A stretch of DNA of 64,000 nucleotides from an uncultured archaeon. Lineage in GTDB: Archaea > Iainarchaeota > Iainarchaeia > Iainarchaeales > JAAZKV01. Below the pieces are notes generated by a model. The model was not told the origin of the DNA. It did no database searches and saw only the letters and a list, made by a program, of their open reading frames with translations. Shown here piece by piece: positions 37,361 to 44,995 of the stretch; the first letter of the stretch is position 1; each line of letters starts with the position of its first letter. The translations under genes were made by a program, and so were the position numbers. The DNA is taken from assembly GCA_964583285.1 (NCBI GenBank), contig CAZOVD010000002.1:2940-66939 (forward strand), read 5' to 3'.

Positions 37361-37707
37361 TCGCTCACCTTTTTAAATGCTAATTTAATTTCTTCTTGCG
37401 CTATCAATCTAATATAATTTCTTAAATTTTCTAATGTAAGAGCACCTTCATTATAAGGTAAATTATTTTCTTTAAAAATCTTCTCCAATTTATCAATATT
37501 TTTATTTAATCGTTTGATGTCTTTAAAAATAGAATTAGTCACTTGTAATTGTTTTTTGTTTAATTGTTTTTTATGTTCTTTATAATCAAAACAACCAAAA
37601 TATTCTTGTGATTTATATTTATTACAAACCTTTTCTAATAAATCCCATTTTTCATGAACTTGTTTTTTCAATTTATTATGCTCATCAATTAATTCTAACA
37701 TTCCCAT
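37357..37707 (-). CDS. hypothetical coiled-coil protein
   Basis: 116 aa with SD 'tggaagtgattaaATG'. Confidence 0.45.
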   Translation of the reverse strand: MGMLELIDEHNKLKKQVHEKWDLLEKVCNKYKSQEYFGCFDYKEHKKQLNKKQLQVTNSIFKDIKRLNKNIDKLEKIFKENNLPYNEGALTLENLRNYIRLIAQEEIKLAFKKVSE

Positions 37708-37736
37708 TTAATCACTTCCATAATAAAATATTTAAT

Positions 37737-37758
37737 AAAAATATTTTTAAATATATTG
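37737..37758 (-). promoter_or_regulatory. early-type promoter motif
   Basis: The - strand reads CAATATATTTAAAAATATTTTT, about 42 nt upstream of ATG 37707. Confidence 0.55.
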
Positions 37759-37759
37759 T

Positions 37760-37921
37760 CTATTCTTCTAAATTATTTTTACAATTTGAACATACTGCTA
37801 CAACTAATCCTTCTGCATCAATTGAAAGAGTTACATCAGAACCATCTTCAATATCTTCTGCACAAAGATAGCATTTTGGTACTTCTTCTTTTAATAATTT
37901 AATTCCTTTAATTGCTATCAT
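37760..37921 (-). CDS. zinc-ribbon mini-protein (53 aa)
   Basis: MIAIKG...CYLCAED...CSNCKNNLEE. ATGA overlap upstream. Below the track threshold. Confidence 0.4.
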   Translation of the reverse strand: MIAIKGIKLLKEEVPKCYLCAEDIEDGSDVTLSIDAEGLVVAVCSNCKNNLEE

Positions 37922-38082
37922 TCCTTATCACCATCCAATGTACAATTTTTATGCACTAAAAATAAAGCTCCTTTATTATTTGGAACAGCTCTAACTTCTG
38001 TACCAATACTTATATATTTCTTGCAAATAAAACATTTACATTTTGTTTGATTCTTTTGTAATGTTACAAGTAAATTACCCAT
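37918..38082 (-). CDS. Cys-rich mini-protein (54 aa)
   Basis: MGNLLVTLQKNQTKCKCFICKKY...HKNCTLDG. Start overlaps the upstream stop (TGATG). Confidence 0.4.
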   Translation of the reverse strand: MGNLLVTLQKNQTKCKCFICKKYISIGTEVRAVPNNKGALFLVHKNCTLDGDKE

Positions 38083-38948
38083 CACTTCACCTCAATTAAT
38101 AATCCTGTATCTAAAGCATTCTTTGTTATCTCATCTATATAATCAGGCAATCTTTTTACTTGACCTTTCATAATAAAGAACTTTGGTTCTTGCCCGTTAC
38201 CCCAGTAATCATTTCTGCACTTTACAAATGTTGTCTTTTCAAGTTTTATAAAACCTTTTTTATAAGGAGTCTGGTCTTCAGTCCTAAGATGCTTTGTCCA
38301 TAATCTTGGAAGAACATAAACATTTATACCTGCTTTTTTCAAATCAATATACCAATATGTATCTGGAGCAGCATTTAGAGCTTCGTGAATATTTTCTTCT
38401 TTCTTTAATCTAAAAGGTATTTTATCAAGTACAGTTCTATTAATTAATACACAACCATGACCAACTCCCCAAACTTGCTGAGGATTATCTGGCATTAATT
38501 CAATGTCTTTTGCATTTAGTACTTGCTCTGTTTTATAATCATGCACACAAACTACACCAAGATTAGCATCAAGTAAATATGGAGCACCAACTACATCTAA
38601 TTTAGTCTCAACTAATTTTTCCAAAGTTTCTGGCTGTGGTATTTGGTCAGCTTCAAGAAACCAAGCACAATCATATTGAATATTGCTAGCAATATATTTT
38701 CGGGCCACGTTATATGCTTCTAATAATACTTCATTAATATTTGGGCCAGATTTAATATTTACTACTCCACCATACTTTAAAAGTTTTCCTCTAAAATCTC
38801 CATGCTCTTCTGGAGAACTATCTATAAATAATATATCAAATTCTTTATAAGTCTGTTTTTTTAGAGCAGCAATATATTCCAATAAGTATTTCTCCATCTT
38901 ATAGTATGTTGCACATACTACTAATACTTTTGGAATACTACTTGCCAA
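38082..38948 (-). CDS. glycosyltransferase-like protein (GT-A/family 2-like)
   Basis: N-terminal 'KVLVVCATYYKMEKYLLEYIAALKKQTYKEFDILFIDSS' resembles a GT2 Rossmann start; 'FLEADQ' is DxD-like. Confidence 0.45.
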   Translation of the reverse strand: MASSIPKVLVVCATYYKMEKYLLEYIAALKKQTYKEFDILFIDSSPEEHGDFRGKLLKYGGVVNIKSGPNINEVLLEAYNVARKYIASNIQYDCAWFLEADQIPQPETLEKLVETKLDVVGAPYLLDANLGVVCVHDYKTEQVLNAKDIELMPDNPQQVWGVGHGCVLINRTVLDKIPFRLKKEENIHEALNAAPDTYWYIDLKKAGINVYVLPRLWTKHLRTEDQTPYKKGFIKLEKTTFVKCRNDYWGNGQEPKFFIMKGQVKRLPDYIDEITKNALDTGLLIEVK

Positions 38949-39297
38949 GATACCACTCTACTAATTTTCTATAAAGATTTGCTTTTTCTCCAATTAGAGT
39001 GGCTTTATCTGGATTTTTCTTTTGCATCTTAATTAATTTTTCTTCAAGAGCAATAAATACTTTATTATCTAAATGAAATCCTTCAAGCCTTGTTTTAACA
39101 TCTTCTTTATAAGATTGTTCTTTAAGCAAATCAATATCTAGTTTACCATCAATGTACTCTTTTACAAGTTGAGCCAATTTCTTATTCTTACTCATTCTAC
39201 GTTCGCCTTCTTGTACTTTTTCCGCAACGGCTTTTTGTTCAAACTTTATAATATCGTCTTCTGATACTACAAAACTTGTCATTCTTTTTTCACTCAT
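38938..39297 (-). CDS. hypothetical protein behind a long structured leader
   Basis: 119 aa with SD 'aaaaaggagaaattagtATG'. Confidence 0.5.
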   Translation of the reverse strand: MSEKRMTSFVVSEDDIIKFEQKAVAEKVQEGERRMSKNKKLAQLVKEYIDGKLDIDLLKEQSYKEDVKTRLEGFHLDNKVFIALEEKLIKMQKKNPDKATLIGEKANLYRKLVEWYLGK

Positions 39298-39322
39298 ACT
39301 AATTTCTCCTTTTTTATTGGGG

Positions 39323-39413
39323 GTGATTAGGAAGGAACAAACTTAATTGCTCCTTCCAATGAATCACATTGTTTGTTTATTTGGTTCGTATTACCGGCAC
39401 CCAACTAGTGCCG
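39323..39413 (-). promoter_or_regulatory. structured GC-rich 5' leader (two hairpins)
   Basis: Hairpin 39395-39413: CGGCAC/GTGCCG with a 7-nt loop. Long hairpin 39323-39367: GUGAUU/AAUCAC plus a 9-bp GGAAGGAGC/GUUCCUUCC stem. Confidence 0.4.
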
Positions 39414-39448
39414 ATTCTTACTTACTCTTTAACATATATATTAAATAT

Positions 39449-39469
39449 AAAAATATTTTTAAATATATG
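39449..39469 (-). promoter_or_regulatory. early-type promoter motif
   Basis: The - strand reads CATATATTTAAAAATATTTTT. The next ATG (39297) is about 160 nt downstream. Confidence 0.5.
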
Positions 39470-39471
39470 TT

Positions 39472-39810
39472 TTATTGGTAAATAAATCTTAATACTGCAT
39501 CATTATCATTTTTACTTAATTCCTCTTTCATTAATTTCATTACTTCTTTTATTTGTGCAATACTTAATTGTTTTTTCTTTCCTTCTTTTTTAGCAATAGC
39601 TTTTGCTAAATCATTGAAATCAATTTTCAATTTAGTTTTTTGATATATACCAATATCATTTTGATTTATTACTATTTCTCCATTTCCAAGATACAGCATT
39701 GGTGTTTTCAATTCCTTGTGCCCATATCTAACGGGATTTGTTGATACCACAACATCAACATAGTTATGTCTTCCTTCAATTTTTTTTATTAATAGATTTC
39801 CTACTATCAT
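39472..39810 (-). CDS. hypothetical protein
   Basis: 112 aa with SD 'aaaggagatgaaataaaATG'. Confidence 0.5.
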   Translation of the reverse strand: MIVGNLLIKKIEGRHNYVDVVVSTNPVRYGHKELKTPMLYLGNGEIVINQNDIGIYQKTKLKIDFNDLAKAIAKKEGKKKQLSIAQIKEVMKLMKEELSKNDNDAVLRFIYQ

Positions 39811-39825
39811 TTTATTTCATCTCCT

Positions 39826-40095
39826 TTACTTTTTATAATATGCTTCTCTTAATTTTCTATTAATTTCAACTACTCGTTTATTATAGTCCTTTAGTTCTTT
39901 TATTTGTTTCTGTATTTTCTTTTTTTCTTCAACTGTTTGAAGCAATGTTTTCCATATAGTTCTTTTTTCTGCTCCTTCAATTTGAAAATTAAAAAAGTCA
40001 GCTTCAGTAGATTTTTGGTCTTCAGTAGGTTCTAATTTTTTTGCCTCCATCTCACCAAAAATTTCATCTGCTATTTCTCCATTATCTTTTTCCAT
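39826..40095 (-). CDS. hypothetical acidic protein
   Basis: ATG 40095 follows 'aggaagtgataaaa'. The track start 40104 is a GTG inside the SD. Confidence 0.5.
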   Translation of the reverse strand: MEKDNGEIADEIFGEMEAKKLEPTEDQKSTEADFFNFQIEGAEKRTIWKTLLQTVEEKKKIQKQIKELKDYNKRVVEINRKLREAYYKK

Positions 40096-40124
40096 TTTTA
40101 TCACTTCCTAATATAATTATTAAC

Positions 40125-40145
40125 AAAAACCTTTTTAAATATATT
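40125..40145 (-). promoter_or_regulatory. early-type promoter motif
   Basis: The - strand reads AATATATTTAAAAAGGTTTTT, overlapping the stop of 40145-40414. Confidence 0.55.
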
Positions 40146-40414
40146 TATTCGGCTTCTTCAGTATCAAACGTCGCTGACCTTAACGCTTTTAAATAGCACT
40201 TTCTAGAGCAATATTTATTATTATGAATTAATTGCTTCTTTGTAAACGAGCCACCACATACTTGACATTTATCATATTTTGGTATAGGAGCAAGTTTAGC
40301 ACAATCTTCGCAAACAGGCTTCTTTCTAATACAAATTTTATATTGTATTGGCTTTTGACGACCACAAATAGGGCATGTTTTTCTAGTTATTTTATCACCT
40401 TTATTTTTCTCCAA
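40145..40414 (-). CDS. double zinc-ribbon protein
   Basis: 'CPICGRQ...CEDC' and 'CQVCGG...CSRKC'. Confidence 0.45.
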   Translation of the reverse strand: MEKNKGDKITRKTCPICGRQKPIQYKICIRKKPVCEDCAKLAPIPKYDKCQVCGGSFTKKQLIHNNKYCSRKCYLKALRSATFDTEEAE

Positions 40415-40602
40415 TCTTCAAGCCATTCATCTTTAATCATACCCATTGTTTTTTTAAGTTCATCATAATCAATTATTTTTACACGACACCTACAGAAAAA
40501 TTGTATTAATTGTTTTTTATTATCAAGTATCATTGGTTTTTTATCTACAAGTGAATTACATTTAGGACAAACATAATACTTTCCATTTTTAATCAAATTC
40601 AT
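40387..40602 (-). CDS. zinc-ribbon protein
   Basis: ATG 40602 in ATGA overlap with the upstream stop. 'MNLIKNGKYYVCPKCNS...FFCRC'. Confidence 0.45.
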   Translation of the reverse strand: MNLIKNGKYYVCPKCNSLVDKKPMILDNKKQLIQFFCRCRVKIIDYDELKKTMGMIKDEWLEDWRKIKVIK

Positions 40603-40934
40603 TTTTTTATCACTTTTCTTTGTTCCCAAATATCATCTAAGATATCTTGATATTCAAAAACTTTTTTTGGCTTTTGGTTTAATTCCTTTAATCTTTTTCT
40701 ACAATCTTTCATATGACCTTTTAAACTATTGATATCTGTAAAGTAATCTGTGTATGGAAAAAGATTACAATTCTGTAACATTGCTCCAGTATCATTATCT
40801 ATATAAATTACTCCATAAATTGTAGCATTATAGACTAAAGCTTTTTCTATTTTAACAAGACCAAGCTTTTTTAGTATTCTTTCAAATAATTTATTTGATT
40901 CTATTTTCATAATATTAATATATCCACTTCTCAT
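40599..40934 (-). CDS. hypothetical protein
   Basis: 111 aa, co-oriented. Confidence 0.45.
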   Translation of the reverse strand: MRSGYINIMKIESNKLFERILKKLGLVKIEKALVYNATIYGVIYIDNDTGAMLQNCNLFPYTDYFTDINSLKGHMKDCRKRLKELNQKPKKVFEYQDILDDIWEQRKVIKK

Positions 40935-40942
40935 TTATTTTT

Positions 40943-41374
40943 TCACACTCCTTTATATATTTCTCTCCACTCATCTATAGTTAATCTTTTTCCATAATAC
41001 GTATACCAATCCGGCTTCATTTCTAGCCTACTAACAATACGCGAAATAATAATTTTATAATCTTTTTTGGTTGGAGACCAATTACCAAATTGCTCTTCTA
41101 ATAACTTGTCAGCTCTTACATAATCTTTAATATATTTATTTGCTTTAAACCCTCGGGCTTTAAATTCCTCTTTTAACGCAATAAATCGCCTAGATAAATA
41201 CTCTAATTTATTTTTAAAAAAGTTTATATGCCCTTTTCCTAAACAATACTCTGCCGGAATTCTATCACTATTATATTTATGAGCAGTAGAAAACAGCATT
41301 AATATTTCTACATACTCGGCCCGTAAATGTTGGTCACTCAACAATTTCGGTTCTATAATATTTATACGAACCAT
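40943..41374 (-). CDS. denV: pyrimidine-dimer DNA glycosylase (T4 endonuclease V family)
   Basis: N-terminal 'MVRINIIEPKLLSDQHLRAEYVEI' compares with T4 '[24 protein letters not shown]' (Arg3 and Glu23 conserved). Also 'GHINFF' and 'PDWYTYYGK'. Confidence 0.8.
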   Translation of the reverse strand: MVRINIIEPKLLSDQHLRAEYVEILMLFSTAHKYNSDRIPAEYCLGKGHINFFKNKLEYLSRRFIALKEEFKARGFKANKYIKDYVRADKLLEEQFGNWSPTKKDYKIIISRIVSRLEMKPDWYTYYGKRLTIDEWREIYKGV

Positions 41375-41598
41375 TAGAAATATCCCTCCTCATCAATTAT
41401 TTCAAAATCGGTTCGTGGAATTTCAATATATTCAAATTCCACATCCTTTCCTTGAAATGCTTTTTTCCATTCTTCTTTGGTTCCTACTGGGCCAACGCCA
41501 TCTAATTGCCATTCTTTATTTTCTTCTGAGGTATCAGCTGCTCCCCAACTTACTCTTTCTAATCTTACTTTTACTACCATTATATCACAGCCTTTCAT
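41374..41598 (-). CDS. hypothetical protein, leaderless candidate
   Basis: ATG 41598 lies exactly 22 nt after the early TATA-like box with no SD. The track start 41652 would include the promoter. Confidence 0.45.
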   Translation of the reverse strand: MKGCDIMVVKVRLERVSWGAADTSEENKEWQLDGVGPVGTKEEWKKAFQGKDVEFEYIEIPRTDFEIIDEEGYF

Positions 41599-41613
41599 AA
41601 TAATTATATACAT

Positions 41614-41634
41614 AAAAACCTTTTTAAATATATT
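41614..41634 (-). promoter_or_regulatory. early-type promoter motif
   Basis: The - strand reads AATATATTTAAAAAGGTTTTT, with 22 nt between the box and ATG 41598. Confidence 0.6.
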
Positions 41635-42100
41635 GTTTAGGTTTTTTACCATTATTTACTCGCCTATCAGGATATTTTTTTATATCTTCCTGGGCCATTA
41701 AATCTAATTTTTTATACATTGCTAAATTATTGGCATAAAGTAATTTAATAACATTCTGTCTAATATAATTATGCTGATATTGTGCAGTATGATAATTCCA
41801 TGTTTCTTGTTCAGTTAATTCTTTATATACTCTATCAAATATTGCTTGAAAATAATTAGGATATTTCTCTTTTAATAAACTATATATTCTATTTCTAATT
41901 GCTTGCCGTCTTTTTATTATATCATATTTATGAACTTTTTGGGCCAATGGTAATAAATCAGCAAAGACCATTCTTGGGCCACGGCGCTTTTTTATTTCTT
42001 CAACAGCTTTTCTTCGGTCCTGAGGTGTTTTAAAATAAGCCTGGGAAGAAACTGTTTCATTCCATTGCTTATATTTATCATCCCATCGTTTCTTAATCAT
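41624..42100 (-). CDS. hypothetical basic protein, leaderless candidate
   Basis: 158 aa. ATG 42100 lies 22 nt after the box with no SD. Confidence 0.5.
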   Translation of the reverse strand: MIKKRWDDKYKQWNETVSSQAYFKTPQDRRKAVEEIKKRRGPRMVFADLLPLAQKVHKYDIIKRRQAIRNRIYSLLKEKYPNYFQAIFDRVYKELTEQETWNYHTAQYQHNYIRQNVIKLLYANNLAMYKKLDLMAQEDIKKYPDRRVNNGKKPKQYI

Positions 42101-42115
42101 AAAATATTCTTGTAT

Positions 42116-42136
42116 AAAAACCTTTTTAAATATATT
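42116..42136. promoter_or_regulatory. bidirectional early-type promoter
   Basis: aaaaacctttttaaatatatt sits between divergent genes. It is 22 nt from ATG 42100 on the - strand. On the + strand, TTTAAATATA lies about 40 nt from ATG 42171, which has an SD. Confidence 0.55.
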
Positions 42137-42170
42137 GTAACATTATTTTATTATAAAGGAGTGATTTATC

Positions 42171-43007
42171 ATGCATGAAAAATTTGAAAATCTACAGGAG
42201 TTATCTGTTCTACTAGAAAAAACAGACCAAGCAGAAATCAGACCTATCAATGATAAAAATAATATTGATATTCCTGAATTCGTACAAATATATAATATAC
42301 AAAAAGACCATACAGAAAATATTGTTCCAAAAACAAAGGGCGGAGTAATAAACCATAAAGATGCGTTTGAACCTTTTGTTAATGCCTTGGAGCAACAACA
42401 AACAACTGATTACTTTGGTTTCTTTCACAATCATGGTGGAAGAGTTTCAGCTGAAGTTTTCTTTAAAAATGTTGTAATAAAAGACGATTCTGATAATGGA
42501 GTATATCTTGGTTTCAAATTTACCAATGATTATTCACGCCAATCATTTTTTGGAGAAATGTTTGGTTACAGAAGCTTTTGTTCAAATGGTATGGCCCTTG
42601 GAAAATCTACTTTAGGTAATTTTTCAAAAAACCATAAATCTATTAGTGGGCTTGAAAAAGAACTTTTAAGCTATATTGACCACGGCCTTTCTAAAACACA
42701 GTTTTTGGAAGAATCTATTCAAAAAGCTATTGAGGATAAATTAATTTCCGAAGAAGATGCACTTAAGGTTCTTATTGGTGCAGGAATTAGAGAAAAGACT
42801 GGAAAGAAGATTTTAGAGCTTTTAGAAGTTCCTGATGTATTTTCGCGTTATGCTCTTTATAACGGAATTACAGCACATGCTACTCATAATATTAGCGGTG
42901 AATATATCAAATCTTATTATCAAGGTATAGCACAAAAGATTCTTGTAACAGATTCTAATAGATTAGTTCGTGGACAAACTAAAGCAGAATTAAATAACGA
43001 CTTTTAA
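42171..43007 (+). CDS. DUF932-like phage/plasmid protein
   Basis: 'FGYRSFCSNGMALG' resembles the conserved core of DUF932; 278 aa with SD 'aaaggagtgatttatc'. Confidence 0.4.
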   Translation: MHEKFENLQELSVLLEKTDQAEIRPINDKNNIDIPEFVQIYNIQKDHTENIVPKTKGGVINHKDAFEPFVNALEQQQTTDYFGFFHNHGGRVSAEVFFKNVVIKDDSDNGVYLGFKFTNDYSRQSFFGEMFGYRSFCSNGMALGKSTLGNFSKNHKSISGLEKELLSYIDHGLSKTQFLEESIQKAIEDKLISEEDALKVLIGAGIREKTGKKILELLEVPDVFSRYALYNGITAHATHNISGEYIKSYYQGIAQKILVTDSNRLVRGQTKAELNNDF

Positions 43008-43046
43008 AACAAATTGGGCCAGTAGTGGCCCATTCTGTTTTTTGTA

Positions 43047-43733
43047 TTATTGTATATTTACTTTACATAGATATTCTGTTTTGTTATCTTCTTTTTTTAT
43101 AAATACTATTTTCCCCATTTTAGTTAATTCTGCAACTGTATTAATAATTGAATTATGGCCGTAGCCAGTTTTTAATTTTAAAATTTCATATATTTCAGTT
43201 TTTGTTTTATCAATAAGTTCTGGTGTGCTTTGAAAAATTGCTCCTATTTGTCCGAATAATTTTTTATTTTTAATATTTTTCATATCATATTCTGGAACAG
43301 AGTAAATTTGTATATTATTTCCTAAATTATAGACATCTAGAACTTCTCTTAATATACTCATTGATTTTAACATATACTGTATTAAAGATTTGCAAAAAAT
43401 ATTATTATCTAATAAGTCTATATAAGTGATTTTTTCTACAGGTATTATATTTGATTTTTCGCCTAATGTTGCTATTATGCCTTCAACAGTAAATGAGTCA
43501 TACTTTTGCTGTACTAAATCCATATATTCATACAATTGCTCAATTGCTGGCATTTTATTATTTATTTTTAGTTCAATTACTTTTATTTTTTTATTAAGTT
43601 TATCTATATATAATAAATCTATTCTTTTATTATTGATTTTATATTCTGAAAGTAATTGAGTATATTCATTGCTTTTTTTATCAAAAATTTCATTTGACAT
43701 TATTATTTGTTTTATTATTTGTTCACTTATCAT
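43047..43733 (-). CDS. PD-(D/E)xK nuclease-like N-domain plus winged-helix C-domain protein
   Basis: 'RIDLLYID...IKVIELK' (D...ExK). C-terminal 'EIYEILKLKTGYGHNSIINTVAELTKMGKIV' is HTH-like. Confidence 0.35.
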   Translation of the reverse strand: MISEQIIKQIIMSNEIFDKKSNEYTQLLSEYKINNKRIDLLYIDKLNKKIKVIELKINNKMPAIEQLYEYMDLVQQKYDSFTVEGIIATLGEKSNIIPVEKITYIDLLDNNIFCKSLIQYMLKSMSILREVLDVYNLGNNIQIYSVPEYDMKNIKNKKLFGQIGAIFQSTPELIDKTKTEIYEILKLKTGYGHNSIINTVAELTKMGKIVFIKKEDNKTEYLCKVNIQ

Positions 43734-43837
43734 TATATCACCTTATTAATTTATTTTTAAAATATGTTTATAAAAATATGTTTAAAATAATGATTTAAAA
43801 TTATTATTTTAGATAGTACATAAAATAATGATTCTAA

Positions 43838-43857
43838 GAGAAAACCAAGGTTTTCTC
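43838..43857. repeat. perfect 9-bp palindrome (operator candidate)
   Basis: GAGAAAACC aa GGTTTTCTC. Extends to 12 bp per arm with one mismatch (43835-43860). Confidence 0.6.
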
Positions 43858-44006
43858 CTATTTTATTATATATTAATTCATATATTTATTAATTTATATA
43901 TATTATTATATATTATAGATATAGATAGAGAGATATATATATAGGTAAGGATAGTTAAATATATATATAGTAATAGTTTTAGTAAAATAATAAAAATGTA
44001 AGTAAT

Positions 44007-44090
44007 CATATGATTTACACCATTTAAATGCAGAATCCGCGATTAAACAAATAAAAATATTAGCTACATATGGTTTTACACTATTTAAAT
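44007..44090. repeat. two 23/24-nt direct repeats, 60 bp apart
   Basis: CATATGATTTACACCATTTAAAT (44007-44029) and CATATGGTTTTACACTATTTAAAT (44067-44090). Confidence 0.6.
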
Positions 44091-44171
44091 AGGTTTTAGC
44101 GTTTTTTCCCCCAAAAAAATTTTTCAGTTTTGCTTAAAATCATTGTTTTACTACTAAAAAAACAAATAAAC

Positions 44172-44246
44172 AAGTATAAAAAAATGAGCAAATTTTTATA
44201 CTTAATTATAAATTTCTGAACAAATTTTTATACCTAAGTATAAAAA
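44172..44246. repeat. four copies of the 9-mer GTATAAAAA in alternating orientation
   Basis: Copies at 44174-82 (forward), 44193-201 (reverse), 44225-33 (reverse) and 44238-46 (forward). The 13-mer CAAATTTTTATAC repeats at 44189 and 44221. Confidence 0.6.
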
Positions 44247-44251
44247 AATAC

Positions 44252-44264
44252 ATATATTTTTAAA
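44252..44264 (+). promoter_or_regulatory. early-type promoter variant
   Basis: ATATATTTTTAAA. The box ends 22 nt before ATG 44287, which has no SD. Confidence 0.5.
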
Positions 44265-44286
44265 CACAACCTATAATAAAATTAAT

Positions 44287-44958
44287 ATGGAAAAACAAAA
44301 ATTAATACCTGTATCAAATGCGTTACACACCAAGTTAAAAGAATCAAAAGGTAAACTGACATTTGAAGAATACATACAAACAAATTTATCTCCAAAAAAG
44401 GTTCAATTATTTGAACAAATGTCAAAAAAATTCAATGAATTATTCTATTTATATGATATTGACAGAACAGATGATTTTGAACAAGATTATTTGGCTCTTT
44501 TAAAATGCTTAAAATTTAGCGACCAAAAACAAGTAAAAGTACAAACAATAAAACAAATTGAAAAAACCAAAAAAGAAGAACCTGAACCATTAGAAATAAA
44601 ATACTATTTAGAACTACCTGTCTCAAAACCAAAGTATCTGGCATGGCTTGAAACACTTACATTTGAAGAAATAAAGAAAACATTGACATTGCCTCCGGCC
44701 TCAGAAGTTCCAGATGCAAAAGACTTAAGAATAATAAATGATGAAGAAAACATTATTGCACGCGACAAATATATTCTGGATTGGCCGAGTGAGGATAAAA
44801 TATTATTATTAAATATTTATAATAAAATAAATGATGCAGCAGAAGATTCTTTGCATTTAGTTAAAACAACTAATGAAGAAAAAGAACTGTTACTAAAATT
44901 ACCAAGTGAATGTTTAACATTTAAACTAGATTATTGGAAAGATATTAACAAAAAATAA
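44287..44958 (+). CDS. hypothetical protein, first gene of the rightward block (leaderless candidate)
   Basis: 223 aa with no SD upstream ('cctataataaaattaatATG'). Confidence 0.55.
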   Translation: MEKQKLIPVSNALHTKLKESKGKLTFEEYIQTNLSPKKVQLFEQMSKKFNELFYLYDIDRTDDFEQDYLALLKCLKFSDQKQVKVQTIKQIEKTKKEEPEPLEIKYYLELPVSKPKYLAWLETLTFEEIKKTLTLPPASEVPDAKDLRIINDEENIIARDKYILDWPSEDKILLLNIYNKINDAAEDSLHLVKTTNEEKELLLKLPSECLTFKLDYWKDINKK

Positions 44959-44975
44959 ATATATTTAAAAAGGTT
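44957..44975 (+). promoter_or_regulatory. early-type promoter motif
   Basis: AAATATATTTAAAAAGGTT. The box ends 24 nt before ATG 44996. Confidence 0.55.
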
Positions 44976-44995
44976 ATTGGTAATTAATTTTATTT

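Noticed and set aside
43861-43975. AT/GATA-rich repetitive tract considered as a CRISPR array or microsatellite locus.
   Set aside because: It has no regularly spaced repeats of 24-40 nt with unique spacers. It is simple low-complexity (AT)n/(GATA)n-like sequence, better explained as an easily melted element in the control region.
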